A DNA stretch of 64,000 nucleotides, taken from the NCBI GenBank assembly GCA_965279515.1, contig CBDIID010000003.1, positions 4,416,001 through 4,480,000 on the forward strand, written 5' to 3'. Shown here in pieces: positions 30,727 through 41,600 of the stretch; within the stretch, counting starts at the first letter, position 1; every line of letters begins with the position of its first letter. The stretch is from Turneriella sp. (GTDB lineage Bacteria > Spirochaetota > Leptospiria > Turneriellales > Turneriellaceae). The notes under the pieces are model-generated. The model worked only from the letters and a program-made list of their open reading frames with translations. It was not told where the DNA came from and did not search any database. The translations under genes and the position numbers were made by a program.

Positions 30727-31127
30727 TGGCAGTCCGCATTATCGATTATGCCATACGCACGGCGATCGCCGTCATTTTGATACAGACTTTGTGGTTTAAA
30801 TTCCGTGCGGCTCCCGAATCGGTGGCGATTTTTTCCGCACTCCATGTGGAACCCTGGGGCCGCATTGCTGCGGGCGTGATTGAGCTGGCCGCCAGCCTGC
30901 TGCTGGTTTTTCCGCGCACAGTCATCTTTGGTGCTGGCATCGCACTGGGCACAATGCTTGGGGCGATGCTCTCGCATATTTTCGTGATTGGCATCGCCGT
31001 TAAAAACGACGGCGGCCTACTGTTCGGCCTTGCGGCAGGGGTGGCTCTGCTGTCGCTAATTTGCATTTACATCCACCGGGCCGAAGCGATTCGTGTTCTG
31101 AATGTTTTCCTGAAAAAATCCAGATGA
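30726..31127 (+). CDS. DoxX family membrane protein
   Basis: ILIQTLWFKF..APESV.IFS.L.VEPWGRI..G..EL and MLGAMLSH. Confidence 0.85.
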   Translation: MAVRIIDYAIRTAIAVILIQTLWFKFRAAPESVAIFSALHVEPWGRIAAGVIELAASLLLVFPRTVIFGAGIALGTMLGAMLSHIFVIGIAVKNDGGLLFGLAAGVALLSLICIYIHRAEAIRVLNVFLKKSR

Positions 31128-31651
31128 CCGCAGAGCAGGGCCTGATCCATGAAAATATTCAACTGTTGCGCCAGGGCGAGGGAGTGCTTCGCTCGATAAG
31201 CGACGGCGCGTATACGGCAGAAGTTTCGGGCATAAGTTCGGCCGCAAAACATTTCAGGCATATTTTCAACCATTACGAAGCGTTGCTGATGCAGCGGCGG
31301 AGCATTGTCGATTATGAGACGCGCGAACGGGGTACAGAGGTCGAAAGGCGGCGTGACGCAGCGCTGGCGAAGACGGCAGAACTCGTTGCGGCGCTGCACG
31401 ACCTCGGCGATAATATCCTGCGGGACACAACCTTAAGTATCGAACGGGTCATCCGCTTGGCTGACGGGCAATTGCAAAAAGTGTTTTATCCGTCAAATCT
31501 CTCGCGCGAACTTGATTTTCTGCAACAGCATGCTGTGCATCATTTTGCCATGATTGCGATCATTCTCAGGCAACAGGGCGCTGAAACGCCGCAGGATTTC
31601 GGCATGTCGCCTTCGACACTGCGCTTTAACGCGGCGCTCGCGGTCACCTGA
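31124..31651 (+). CDS. DinB-like protein
   Basis: H.RH...HY, DYE.RER, RELDFL..H.VHH.AMI and FG..PST. ATG 31124 overlaps the DoxX stop. Confidence 0.82.
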   Translation: MTAEQGLIHENIQLLRQGEGVLRSISDGAYTAEVSGISSAAKHFRHIFNHYEALLMQRRSIVDYETRERGTEVERRRDAALAKTAELVAALHDLGDNILRDTTLSIERVIRLADGQLQKVFYPSNLSRELDFLQQHAVHHFAMIAIILRQQGAETPQDFGMSPSTLRFNAALAVT

Positions 31652-31653
31652 AT

Positions 31654-34161
31654 TTGCGACGCAGTCTTCTTCTGTTCTATCTAGTACTCCTGCTGGCATC
31701 GCATATTGCCGTGGCCGTTATGCCTGTGCGCATACCTGAAGGGCAAAGGAGTTTGCGTTCCGGTGATGTGACGATTGCTTATGCCGACACTGATCCTCAT
31801 GGTTCCGGCAAGCCCGTGCTGTTGTTGATCCATGGCAGCCCGGTGGATATCGCGCTCTTCGCACGCCTCATCCCGTTATTGGAGAAAAAATTCCGCGTGA
31901 TCGCGCCTGTATTGCCGGGTTTCGGCGCGTCCTCGCGCGAGTTGCCCGATTATTCGATCCGTGCGCATGCACTTTACCTGGACCGGTTTCTCAACCAGGC
32001 CGGATTACCCCCGGTGCACGTCGTCGGCTACAGCATGGGTTCCGGAGTTGCGATCGAACTGGCGCATCTAAACCCGCGGCGCCTGCTTTCCCTGACTTTG
32101 CTTTCCGGCATCGGCGTTCAGGAACATGAACTGCTTGGAAATTATCATTTGAATCACCTGTTGCATGCGCTGCAACTCGCTTTCTTCTGGAGTCTCGACC
32201 ATTTTGTTCCGCATTTCGGATTATTGAAAAATTTTCCGCTGAACTATTATTATGCCCGGAATTTTTTCGATACGGATCAGCGCCCGCTGAAACAATACCT
32301 CAGCGAGCTCAGGCTCCCCGTGCTCATTCTGCATGGGGATGACGATGTTCTCGTTCCCGTGGCCGCTGCCCGTGCACACCACGCATTGATCAGGCGCAGC
32401 GAGCTCAGCATTTTCCCGCGGTCAGGGCATCTGCTCGTTTGGGAGGATGTCAATGCCGTGGCGGGTTCCCTAACCGGTTTTGTCGAACGGCTCGAAGCCG
32501 GAATTTTACCGGCGATGCAGCCTGAGGAGCAACGACAGACCGGGGTGGGCTCGGCAGCGGTGAAGCAGGTCAGCGGCGGTGCGCTTTGGTTTATCCTGGT
32601 GTGCCTGGCTCTTGCAACGTTCGCCAGTGAAGATCTGGCCGCGCTGTCTTCGGGCATTTTAGCCGCTAATGGCAACATTACTTTTCTCCATGCGGCCATG
32701 GCATCCTTTGCCGGCATTTTCATCGGCGATATCTTGCTGATGTTTTGCGGGCGCGCGTTGGGTTCGGTATCATTTTTGAGCGGCATAATCCGGAAAAATG
32801 TCTCCGGCGATGCGTTGCTGCGCGCGGAAAACTGGCTTCGCGCCAAGGGAATTGCCGCGGTTTTTCTCAGCCGCTTTGTTCCGGGAACGCGGTTGCCGCT
32901 TTATCTCGCCATCGGTTACTCCCGGCAAAGCATGCTGCGCTTTACTCTGGCGTTCTGCGCCGCGTGCCTGGTATGGACGCCGCTGATCGTTGCTGCCGGG
33001 TATTTTTTCGGCGATCAGGCCCTCGAATATCTTGCAAACTACCAGGTCTCTGCGGGCTGGATTTTCCTGTCTTTGCTTGCCGTCATTTTTTTCATAAAAA
33101 AAATTCTGATTCCGCTTTTGACGTGGCGCGGTCGCCGGCTGCTCTATTCTTCATACCTGCGCCTGACGCTCTGGGAATTCTGGCCACCCTGGATCTTCTA
33201 CATTCCCCTGGGTTTTTATTTTATTTTTCTCATCATCCGTCACCGCAGCTTCACGGTATTTACCGCCGCTAACCCGGCAATACCCGACGGCGGTGTGATC
33301 GGCGAATCGAAGGCGGCAATCTTGCAGGGCCTTTCGCGTGCCCGCAAAAACATCGCGCGTTTCGCACTGATCGAGCCGGCGCCTGCCGGCGAAAGAATGC
33401 GACAGATGTCGGATTTCATGCGGCGGCAAAAACTGAAATTTCCGGTTGTATTAAAACCCGATGTCGGCGAGCGCGGCAACGACGTACAGATTGTTTATTC
33501 GGGCGCCGATGCGGCCAGCTATTTTGAAGAGCATGCGAAAGCCGTGATCGTCCAGGAGTACATCGCAGGTCTTGAATTCGGCGTTTTTTATTTCCGCATT
33601 CCGCAATCCCACCGGGGAGAGATTTTTGCCATTACGGATAAACGTTTCCCGGCGCTGACAGGTGACGGAGAACGCAGCCTCGAAGAGCTGATTCTGAGCG
33701 ACCCGCGCGCGGTGATGATGGCGCGTTTCCATTTGAAGAAGTTTGCCACGCGCCTCGGCGAAGTCGTCCCCGCAGGAGAAAAATTCGCCCTGGTCGAGTT
33801 GGGAACGCATTGCAAGGGATCACTTTTCCTCGACGGCACGCAACACCGGACTCCCGAACTCGTGAAGGCCATCGAAGGTATCAGCCAGGGCTTCGATGGT
33901 TTCTTTTTTGGCCGATACGATATTCGTGTGCCATCGCTCGCCGATTTCAGGCAGGGTAAGAATCTGAAGGTGGTCGAGTTAAACGGTGTTACGTCCGAAG
34001 CGACGAGCATCTATGATCCAAAACATTCGCTCACGGATGCATATAAAGTTCTCGCCCGGCAGTGGCAAATTGCCTTCTCCATTGGCGCAGAGAATGCCGC
34101 TCGTGGCGCTATTGTGACACCGCTGTCAGTGTTAATCCGCCATCTGTCTGTGCGTCGCTGA
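31654..34161 (+). CDS. Fusion: alpha/beta hydrolase + DedA/VTT membrane domain + ATP-grasp (D-Ala-D-Ala-ligase-like) domain
   Basis: Hydrolase motifs IHGSP, GYSMG, HGDDD and SGHL; DedA motifs FASED and SRFVPGTR; ATP-grasp motifs FPVVLKPDVGERG, VQEYI, GRYDIR and VELNG. Confidence 0.85.
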   Translation: MRRSLLLFYLVLLLASHIAVAVMPVRIPEGQRSLRSGDVTIAYADTDPHGSGKPVLLLIHGSPVDIALFARLIPLLEKKFRVIAPVLPGFGASSRELPDYSIRAHALYLDRFLNQAGLPPVHVVGYSMGSGVAIELAHLNPRRLLSLTLLSGIGVQEHELLGNYHLNHLLHALQLAFFWSLDHFVPHFGLLKNFPLNYYYARNFFDTDQRPLKQYLSELRLPVLILHGDDDVLVPVAAARAHHALIRRSELSIFPRSGHLLVWEDVNAVAGSLTGFVERLEAGILPAMQPEEQRQTGVGSAAVKQVSGGALWFILVCLALATFASEDLAALSSGILAANGNITFLHAAMASFAGIFIGDILLMFCGRALGSVSFLSGIIRKNVSGDALLRAENWLRAKGIAAVFLSRFVPGTRLPLYLAIGYSRQSMLRFTLAFCAACLVWTPLIVAAGYFFGDQALEYLANYQVSAGWIFLSLLAVIFFIKKILIPLLTWRGRRLLYSSYLRLTLWEFWPPWIFYIPLGFYFIFLIIRHRSFTVFTAANPAIPDGGVIGESKAAILQGLSRARKNIARFALIEPAPAGERMRQMSDFMRRQKLKFPVVLKPDVGERGNDVQIVYSGADAASYFEEHAKAVIVQEYIAGLEFGVFYFRIPQSHRGEIFAITDKRFPALTGDGERSLEELILSDPRAVMMARFHLKKFATRLGEVVPAGEKFALVELGTHCKGSLFLDGTQHRTPELVKAIEGISQGFDGFFFGRYDIRVPSLADFRQGKNLKVVELNGVTSEATSIYDPKHSLTDAYKVLARQWQIAFSIGAENAARGAIVTPLSVLIRHLSVRR

Positions 34162-34246
34162 AGCCGCTTCATTTTTTTTGTCGATACCTGCTATTTTCCC
34201 GCGTCGCATTGAGTTAGGAAAGGGAGAAACCCGATAAAACATAGGA

Positions 34247-35020
34247 GTGCCTTTGTTTAAGCAAATTGCCATCTCTTCCTTTATTCTCCTGCTCACTGCG
34301 GGTTTTGTCCATGCGCAGGGGGCTGCGCCGGCAGCGGCGAAGCCCGTTGTAAAGCCCTTACCCAAAGGCAAGAAGATCGGCATTAAAAAACCTGGTGCAG
34401 AGTCCGATCCCGCCGCAGCCGACATGGCGCTGCCGGGCGAGGGGAATAACGCAGACAACTATGGGCGGGTTTGGCGCCGCAGTCAGCTCGATCTGCGTGT
34501 GGGCTTGCTGGGGGGTATGCTCATACCCATTGGGCAGGCTTCGCAGGTTCTGAACTTAGGTTTTGGCGGACGTCTATGGGCTTCGGTTGAGACGACATTC
34601 ATCAAGCTGCCGAAATCTAAAATTTTCCAGAATACGTTGCTGATTTATGAATTTAGTTTTTATAAGGCGACCGGAAAGTCTGTATCGAGCAAAATTGGGC
34701 AGGATACCGACGCCGATTATGTCACCAATGCAGGGGCTATCGGAAAAGCGTATGACGTACAATTCTCACCGAAGTTTGTAATGCGATTTATTCCTTATGT
34801 AGGCGTTGGGCTAACCAACATTACTTCAGATACACAGACGCCGACCGGCGTCATCCACGCAGTGAGTGGGGACATAATCGCGAAATATGGCTTTGCCACG
34901 GTTTACGACTTCAACCGGCGCTGGCAGGCTATCATGACTGTGGATCACTACATCTATTTCGAGGAGAAAATTGGCATGTCGCTGCGCATTGGTCTCGGAG
35001 CGACCATGATGATTTTCTGA
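34247..35020 (+). CDS. Putative outer-membrane beta-barrel protein
   Basis: RBS AGGA, signal peptide, low-complexity linker, amphipathic strands (IPYVGVGL) and C-terminal Phe. Confidence 0.7.
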   Translation: MPLFKQIAISSFILLLTAGFVHAQGAAPAAAKPVVKPLPKGKKIGIKKPGAESDPAAADMALPGEGNNADNYGRVWRRSQLDLRVGLLGGMLIPIGQASQVLNLGFGGRLWASVETTFIKLPKSKIFQNTLLIYEFSFYKATGKSVSSKIGQDTDADYVTNAGAIGKAYDVQFSPKFVMRFIPYVGVGLTNITSDTQTPTGVIHAVSGDIIAKYGFATVYDFNRRWQAIMTVDHYIYFEEKIGMSLRIGLGATMMIF

Positions 35021-35110
35021 TCCCATGGAATCTGTCGTACTCACACCCGCTCGCTCGTCTAATTGGCATGAGGGCAGACGCATGAGACATCTAACATTAG
35101 GAGGGCGATC

Positions 35111-38100
35111 ATGAAACCGATCCGTTCGCTGTTCCTTCTGGGCTTAATTGTACCTGTTTTGTCGTACTGCGGCAAAGTCACCGACGGTCGCGAAAAAGAT
35201 AAGACTGCGGATAACGCCAGTGTTAGTGCTGATTCCGCTACAGCGCAAGCTGCCGAGGCTGCACCGGATTATGTCTCCCACGCGGTAATCAATAACAATA
35301 CGATTCATGTGACATTTAATAAGGAATGCACAGACGCGACTGTAACGAATACCGCGAATTACATCATTAACAATGGCCTGGTTGTTCAATCCGTTGCGAA
35401 AGATTCAGCTGATAAAACAAAACTGGTCATTACCACAACAACGCAGACGAACCAGTCTTATACACTCACAATTCTGAATCTGACAAGTTTGGCGGGAACG
35501 CCGATCGTCGGTGTGAAGCAGATTACATTTACCGGTCTGGCATTGCCTACAGCCACGTTCACTTGGCGCAATCCTGTCGACCAATCTGCTTTTCCTGAAA
35601 CCATAGGCACATGGACACTTTGCAATCCGAATACTTCAGCAAGCGCATGCACTGTGCAGCCATACTACAATAAGACTGCTTTGGATATCGTCGTGGCCGG
35701 CGTCAATGTTGCCGCATACAAATATAAATTGGATGCCGGAAGTTGGGGGGCTGAAATTCCCGTTGCGACGCCACTCACGGTCTCTGGCCTAAGCGAAGGT
35801 TATCATACTCTTTACATTGCTGTTAAACACACGTTAGGTTATTGGCAGGAAACAACTTCGCCCGATGTGAAGACCTTTTCGTGGGTTCAGGATTCTTTGC
35901 CGGCTGCAGACGCGGCATTCGACACTGTAACGTTGCCAACGACGAATGGTGGCACGACTGCTTCTCAAAGCGTGAATATCAGAATCATCGGTTCCGAAAT
36001 AGCCAGGTATAAAATATGCCTGAACAACGGGGCATACAATGACTGCACTACCAGCACATTCAAGGGAACAACACCGACTTCTGTGAATAATAATATTTCG
36101 ATTCCGAACACCGATTATACGGCAATTCTGACGCCGGGGTCCGTGCAGTTAAAAGTGATTGGTTATGACGCAAGTGGTAATGTCCAGATAGCTCCTGTCG
36201 CGGCCGGAATCTTTAACTATACAATCGATACGCAAAATGTCGAAGCCGTTTTTAATGTCGCCGATCTTCCAGGTTCGATCAACAACGGTACAACATCGGC
36301 CACAGTTAATGTCCTGAGCACGTACGGCGCAGTAACCTATATTGGTCAGATCATCGACGGAACCGATTGCAGTACGGTTCCCTGGGTGGCCCTTTCGGCG
36401 GCTCCGGTTTCCGTTGCTACCCCGATTACGCGCACCGGTATGACGGATGCGGTCGCACAAAAAACCATTTGTGCCGTTGGCCGTAGTATTGGTGGCCTGT
36501 GGCAGGGATCATGGAGTGGGGCGGGAACTCCCCCGAACATCACGAAGTACACGTGGGTCATTGATACTTCGGCGCCCACAGCGACGGTATACTGGCAAAG
36601 TCCGATAACTGCGCCCACAGCCACAACACAGACCTCAGGCTACAGGTTGCAGGTATCTTCAAATGGTGGGGCGTCCCACTATCGTTATGCAGTCGTCACC
36701 GGTGCGGGTACAGCCTGTTCTACCGGCACATACAGCGCTAACATAACCATTGAGACCGACATCACGATCGATCCACCCACCATTGCAACGACTGGGACTA
36801 CGGTATATAAAGTTTGCGTTGTTGCAGGCGATCTGGCAGGAAACTGGCAGGCGACGACCTCGGCCAGTACCAGTGGCGAGTGGACGGTGGATTTAGATCC
36901 GCCGTCGGCGAATCCGTCATTTGCTGCCGCTTCATCCAGCGCGCGTAGCTTCAATACGGCTGCCTTAACATTCAGTATCGATAACTCTACCGCGACCGCC
37001 GACTCGTTCTACTATCAGGTGCAGGTGGCGACCGACACGGGATTTACCAACATTATTGGCGATACGACTGTAAAAAGCTGTAAAGGCATCTCGCTCCCCG
37101 AATGCCCGGCAGCTCTCGGTACTAAGGATTTTGCGGTAGCCGTAGATGCATTCCAGTCCGCAAGCTATTATGCACGCGTCAAAGCGGGCGACTCCCTAGG
37201 CAACATGCGCGGTACGTTTTCTTCTGCATCGGCCGAACACTATGTTGTCGGAAAAATTACCGGTACGATTCGTAACCAGGCGAATGCGGCCGTCACGGGT
37301 ATTTCCATTAAGATTCTGACAGCTGGCGGAACCGATGTTACCTCTCTTTATGGAGGAACAATTACTACCGGCGCGGGTGGAATATTTACCATCGATAACG
37401 TACGCACGGCCAAACTCGGATATCAGATTCGGGCGGCCGAAGGGGATGCAACCTACTATCCCGCAACAAAGCGCAATGTCACAGTACAGGAAAAAGGCTC
37501 GGGTGGCACCATTCAGACCAATATCGGTACGCTGGGTCTTGCGGCGATAGCGGGTTCTTCGGCACAGACTGTTTCGGCAAAAGTTGTCGATGCGGATGAC
37601 GGTTGGATGCTGGGTTATGCCGAAGTTAAGCTGATAGACTATCTGGGCGTGACGGTAGCAACCGCACGCACGGTGGAGACCGCTGCAAATTGTACGAGTA
37701 TTCCGCCGGTAGGAGCACCTCCTACAAATATTCCTAAGGCGAAGTTTGACCTGGTTGTCACTTGCGGCGATGTCTCTTTCACAGGTGTAACTCCCGGTAC
37801 CTATACAATTCAGGTGAACGGCGACAGCTGGGGCACCACTAATCAACGATACAATCAATTGGATGTCGAGAGCGTCGTCGTTCATAGCACGGCGGCGGCC
37901 AAAGGGCGCATACCGATGGTGCGCCTGCTTACCGGGCAGGATATTAAGATTGTACTTTCCTGGGGTGCTTTAGAGCCGCGCGACCCCGATATGCACATGG
38001 TCGGGTCTCTGCCTTCCGGGCAAACCATCACCAATGTGAATGGCGATACCTGCAATACGAACCAATTCCATATCTGGGCGGGCAGGCCTAATGTGGGCGG

Positions 38101-38656
38101 CTTTGCGTGGCAGCAGCAATATTCGGCGAAGACCCGTACGTATCCACAGGGTAATGCGGCTTATAGCACACAGAACTTCTTTCCGCTGGACCCATCCACA
38201 ACAGCTGCTCTTGTTCAAGATGCGAACAGCGGTTATGGTCCGGAGGCTATCAACCTGATCTCGGGTTATACGGACGGCACATATTGGGTGAGCGTCATTA
38301 ACTGGGGTGGCTGGTATCCGGGCTCCTATGGCGTTACGAAAGCGTCACAGCGGTGGGATGTCACCCAGGTGGGCATCAAGGTCTACGACGCCGATGGACT
38401 TACTTTCGAGATGATTGCTGCGCAACCGACGGCAGTACCGAGTCAGCTTGCACCTGCGACGGCTGTGGCTGGCTGTGGACTCGGTGGCGCTTCCGACTGG
38501 AATGAATGTGAGCTTTGGCAGGCATTTAAGATTACCGTGGCCGGCGGCGGCGCCGCAGGCCGCCAATTCACGCCAGTGAATACCTTTCAAAATTGGGCGG
38601 ATTCGACCGGTAATGGAGTTTATGATCTCAGTAAATGTTATTTGAATACGTTTTGA
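35111..38656 (+). CDS. Giant surface lipoprotein A (Ig-like repeats, FN3/carboxypeptidase-regulatory-like, YfaP/DUF2135-like C-domain)
   Basis: RBS GGAGG; lipobox VLSYC; repeated D.AGN.Q...WT.D modules; LSWG..PRDPDMH...DANSGYGPEAI. Confidence 0.85.
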   Translation: MKPIRSLFLLGLIVPVLSYCGKVTDGREKDKTADNASVSADSATAQAAEAAPDYVSHAVINNNTIHVTFNKECTDATVTNTANYIINNGLVVQSVAKDSADKTKLVITTTTQTNQSYTLTILNLTSLAGTPIVGVKQITFTGLALPTATFTWRNPVDQSAFPETIGTWTLCNPNTSASACTVQPYYNKTALDIVVAGVNVAAYKYKLDAGSWGAEIPVATPLTVSGLSEGYHTLYIAVKHTLGYWQETTSPDVKTFSWVQDSLPAADAAFDTVTLPTTNGGTTASQSVNIRIIGSEIARYKICLNNGAYNDCTTSTFKGTTPTSVNNNISIPNTDYTAILTPGSVQLKVIGYDASGNVQIAPVAAGIFNYTIDTQNVEAVFNVADLPGSINNGTTSATVNVLSTYGAVTYIGQIIDGTDCSTVPWVALSAAPVSVATPITRTGMTDAVAQKTICAVGRSIGGLWQGSWSGAGTPPNITKYTWVIDTSAPTATVYWQSPITAPTATTQTSGYRLQVSSNGGASHYRYAVVTGAGTACSTGTYSANITIETDITIDPPTIATTGTTVYKVCVVAGDLAGNWQATTSASTSGEWTVDLDPPSANPSFAAASSSARSFNTAALTFSIDNSTATADSFYYQVQVATDTGFTNIIGDTTVKSCKGISLPECPAALGTKDFAVAVDAFQSASYYARVKAGDSLGNMRGTFSSASAEHYVVGKITGTIRNQANAAVTGISIKILTAGGTDVTSLYGGTITTGAGGIFTIDNVRTAKLGYQIRAAEGDATYYPATKRNVTVQEKGSGGTIQTNIGTLGLAAIAGSSAQTVSAKVVDADDGWMLGYAEVKLIDYLGVTVATARTVETAANCTSIPPVGAPPTNIPKAKFDLVVTCGDVSFTGVTPGTYTIQVNGDSWGTTNQRYNQLDVESVVVHSTAAAKGRIPMVRLLTGQDIKIVLSWGALEPRDPDMHMVGSLPSGQTITNVNGDTCNTNQFHIWAGRPNVGGFAWQQQYSAKTRTYPQGNAAYSTQNFFPLDPSTTAALVQDANSGYGPEAINLISGYTDGTYWVSVINWGGWYPGSYGVTKASQRWDVTQVGIKVYDADGLTFEMIAAQPTAVPSQLAPATAVAGCGLGGASDWNECELWQAFKITVAGGGAAGRQFTPVNTFQNWADSTGNGVYDLSKCYLNTF

Positions 38657-38661
38657 GGAAT

Positions 38662-41600
38662 ATGTTTACTCAAAATCATCACCTGCCCCGTAAAACTATC
38701 CTGATCTTTTTTTTAGGTTTCATCTTATTGAGCCAGGCTTGTGTGGGCAAATTCTTGTCGACGATGCTTTCCAACGAGGGTGCGAATTTCAAACTCATCG
38801 AAGTGAGTGCCGTAGCCAACACGCGCATCCGCGTTTCTTTCAATAAACCACTCGATAAGACCAATGGTTCAGGTACGGTGCTGAGCAATTATTCCATTCC
38901 GGGTTTGAATCTCGTTTCGGTTGAAGCGGGCTCTGAGACGCACCAGGTTTTTTTGAATCTTAACCCGGCAGACTCAGTCCGTATGGATCGGACCACGTAT
39001 ACGCTGACAGTTAGTAATGTTCTCAACCAAACCCTGGATCCGCTTTTGGCGGATGGCAGGTCTATGTCTTTCACCGGTGCTAAATATCTTCAGGCCCGCT
39101 GTTTCAATGATGATGGCACTGATTCGTGCCCGCCGCTGGCCGCGACCGGCGCGGCGTTTGGTTATACGATTAAGATCCGTGGAGATTATGCTGTCGGCTC
39201 GAATTACCAGTGGCAGCTCTTGAGCAAGAATCCTGGCGCCTCACCGACTACATATGTTCCAGCCAGTATGTGCCTGAATACAAAGCACACGAATTATCCA
39301 ACATGCAATGACAATGCTTTGCCGGCATACGATAATGGTCTAGGCGCGGGAACAACCACTCTCGGTTGGAGTCCGACGACACCCGTCTCCACACCGATTA
39401 AGATTAGTGGTTTAATGACACTCGACTATCGCATCGAATTTCGAGTACAGGATGCTTTAGGCGCCTGGCAACCGGCAGGTTATGAGTCTTTCAAAGAATT
39501 TTCAGTCGATTCGACTTCGCCTGCGAAGATTGGCTTAAGCGGTGCCGGCGGTCCATCGTCAGTACCTGCGTACACTACGCTCACCAATGTGCGGATCACT
39601 AATATCAGCGTTCGTCCGCGTAGCTGTACGGAGTTCCCTACACCAGCGCCGGATTGTTCTGCAAGTCCGGAAGCGCCTTCGCACTATAAATATCAGATTC
39701 TTTACCAGGCGGGCAGTTGCCCTATCACAGTTCCCTCTGTTCTCGTGAACTGGACTTCGGAGATTTCGGCGAATATTCCCATCAACTATGACATGGGTAC
39801 AACTGAAGGGTGTTATTCTATCCGCGTGCTCGCGCGCGATATTGCGGGTAACTGGCAGTGCCTCACCGACGCGACAGATACTACCAATGGTAAATGCCAG
39901 CACAGCATTGGGGTTGGGCAGATTGATGAATTTTTTACAAGCAGAGCATATCAGGTGGCCCATATTCAATTCGATGCCACTGCGCCCACGGCAAGTTTTA
40001 TCAGCGGTACAACGCCGAATGATCCGACAGCCAGTACTTCGCTGACAGTGGGTGTGACTGCCAGCGCCGATGTGCCGTATTTCCGTTACCGCATTTCCGG
40101 TCCCGGGCAGGCTGGCGTTTGGTCAGGTGATAAGGTCTCAGGCCTCGGTGGGGTGGCGAATCCTTTCATCAGTGGCACTCCTCCTGGTGAATTTATTTCC
40201 GCTTCCGGTCTATCCAATGGTGGCACATATACAATCGATATCATCGGAAAAGATCCGGCCGGGAATTATCAATCCACATCATCGCCGACAACGTATACTT
40301 TCACGGTAGACACGAACGTACCTACGGCGGTGCTCACGGCATACACCGGAGCGGGCGGGTGTGTCGGAATGCAGGGTTTGCCGAATAACCCGACCAATAA
40401 CAATTGTTTTTCCGTTACCGTCGGTGGCCCCGGTGTGACGCATTATAAGGCGACGTTCGTTTCAGGCAGCGCCTGCCCGAACACGGACGGAGCTTACGGC
40501 GCGGCCACAGTGATAGGGACGAAGTATACAAATACTTCGCCCGGATTTGTTAATGGAACAACATACAGTCTTTGTGTGCGTGGCGGTGCATCAATAACCG
40601 GACCTTTCGGCCTCGCTGCCGGTGAAATTACACGCTATACCTTCACCTTTGATAATGCGCCGCCAACCGGAACCGCGGTGACGCAGTTATTGACACCAGT
40701 CTATGCAACGGCACCGGCATCCGGTACAATACGCACTGTTCTCAAAGATGCGGACGTTATCATTGGAAACGCTTCCGGTGAGGCTGTGCTTGCTTATAAG
40801 GGCGCGATATACCAAACCACGGATTGCGTTGCATCACCAGGGCTTGCTGCGGTTCAGGCATTGACCGAGAAGTCGGTGTATACGCCGATACAAAAGACAG
40901 GTATGGCTAACGCCGAGCAGCGTGTGTGCTTCATAGGGCGCGACGCGGCGGGTAACTACCAAACCAGCGTGCAGCAATACTCATTTACGGTATTCGATCC
41001 GGCGACGCCGTCTGACGGTGGCGGCGCCAATGATAATGCCTATGTTTCGAATTTTAACTACTCGTGGGCTGGCATTCCGGCAGACGTGACCGAGATACGG
41101 ATCCGCATTTGTACGGATGCCGCCTGTGCATCGCCGATACCGGGATTTCAAAACGGCATAGCTGTCTGTAGCAGTGCTGCAGTCTGTGTAGGGACAACAA
41201 CTTATAATGTGGTGAGCAACTGTACTGGCCTTGGCTGCATAAAGGCCCTCAATGGTTCAAGATACTACGCCCAGCTCAAGGTTACCGACGCCGCTGGTAA
41301 TGCCAGCTCATTCGGCACTGTCTCCGATGGAAAAGTGATCACGGGTGGCGTTACGGGCATCATACGCGATACGAATGGAAATCCCGTGAGCGGTGCGACA
41401 GTCACGCTCTATGATAGTTCCTGCACCGGCGCGGCTTACGGTGCGATGGCTTCAACAGGTGCTGGTGCATTCACGATCAGCAATGCGACTCCGGCATTTC
41501 CGCCGATCGTTCTCGCGACTAATGGCCATTGTATTAAGGTGACAGCGTCAGGTGGTCGTCAGGGTACTAAACAGTTCATAAGTATTGATCCGGCTACGAA

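Noticed and set aside
35021..35110. Possible riboswitch upstream of giant lipoprotein A
   Set aside because: Only weak pairing (TCTGTC/GGCAGA, CTCA/TGAG) and no known aptamer consensus.
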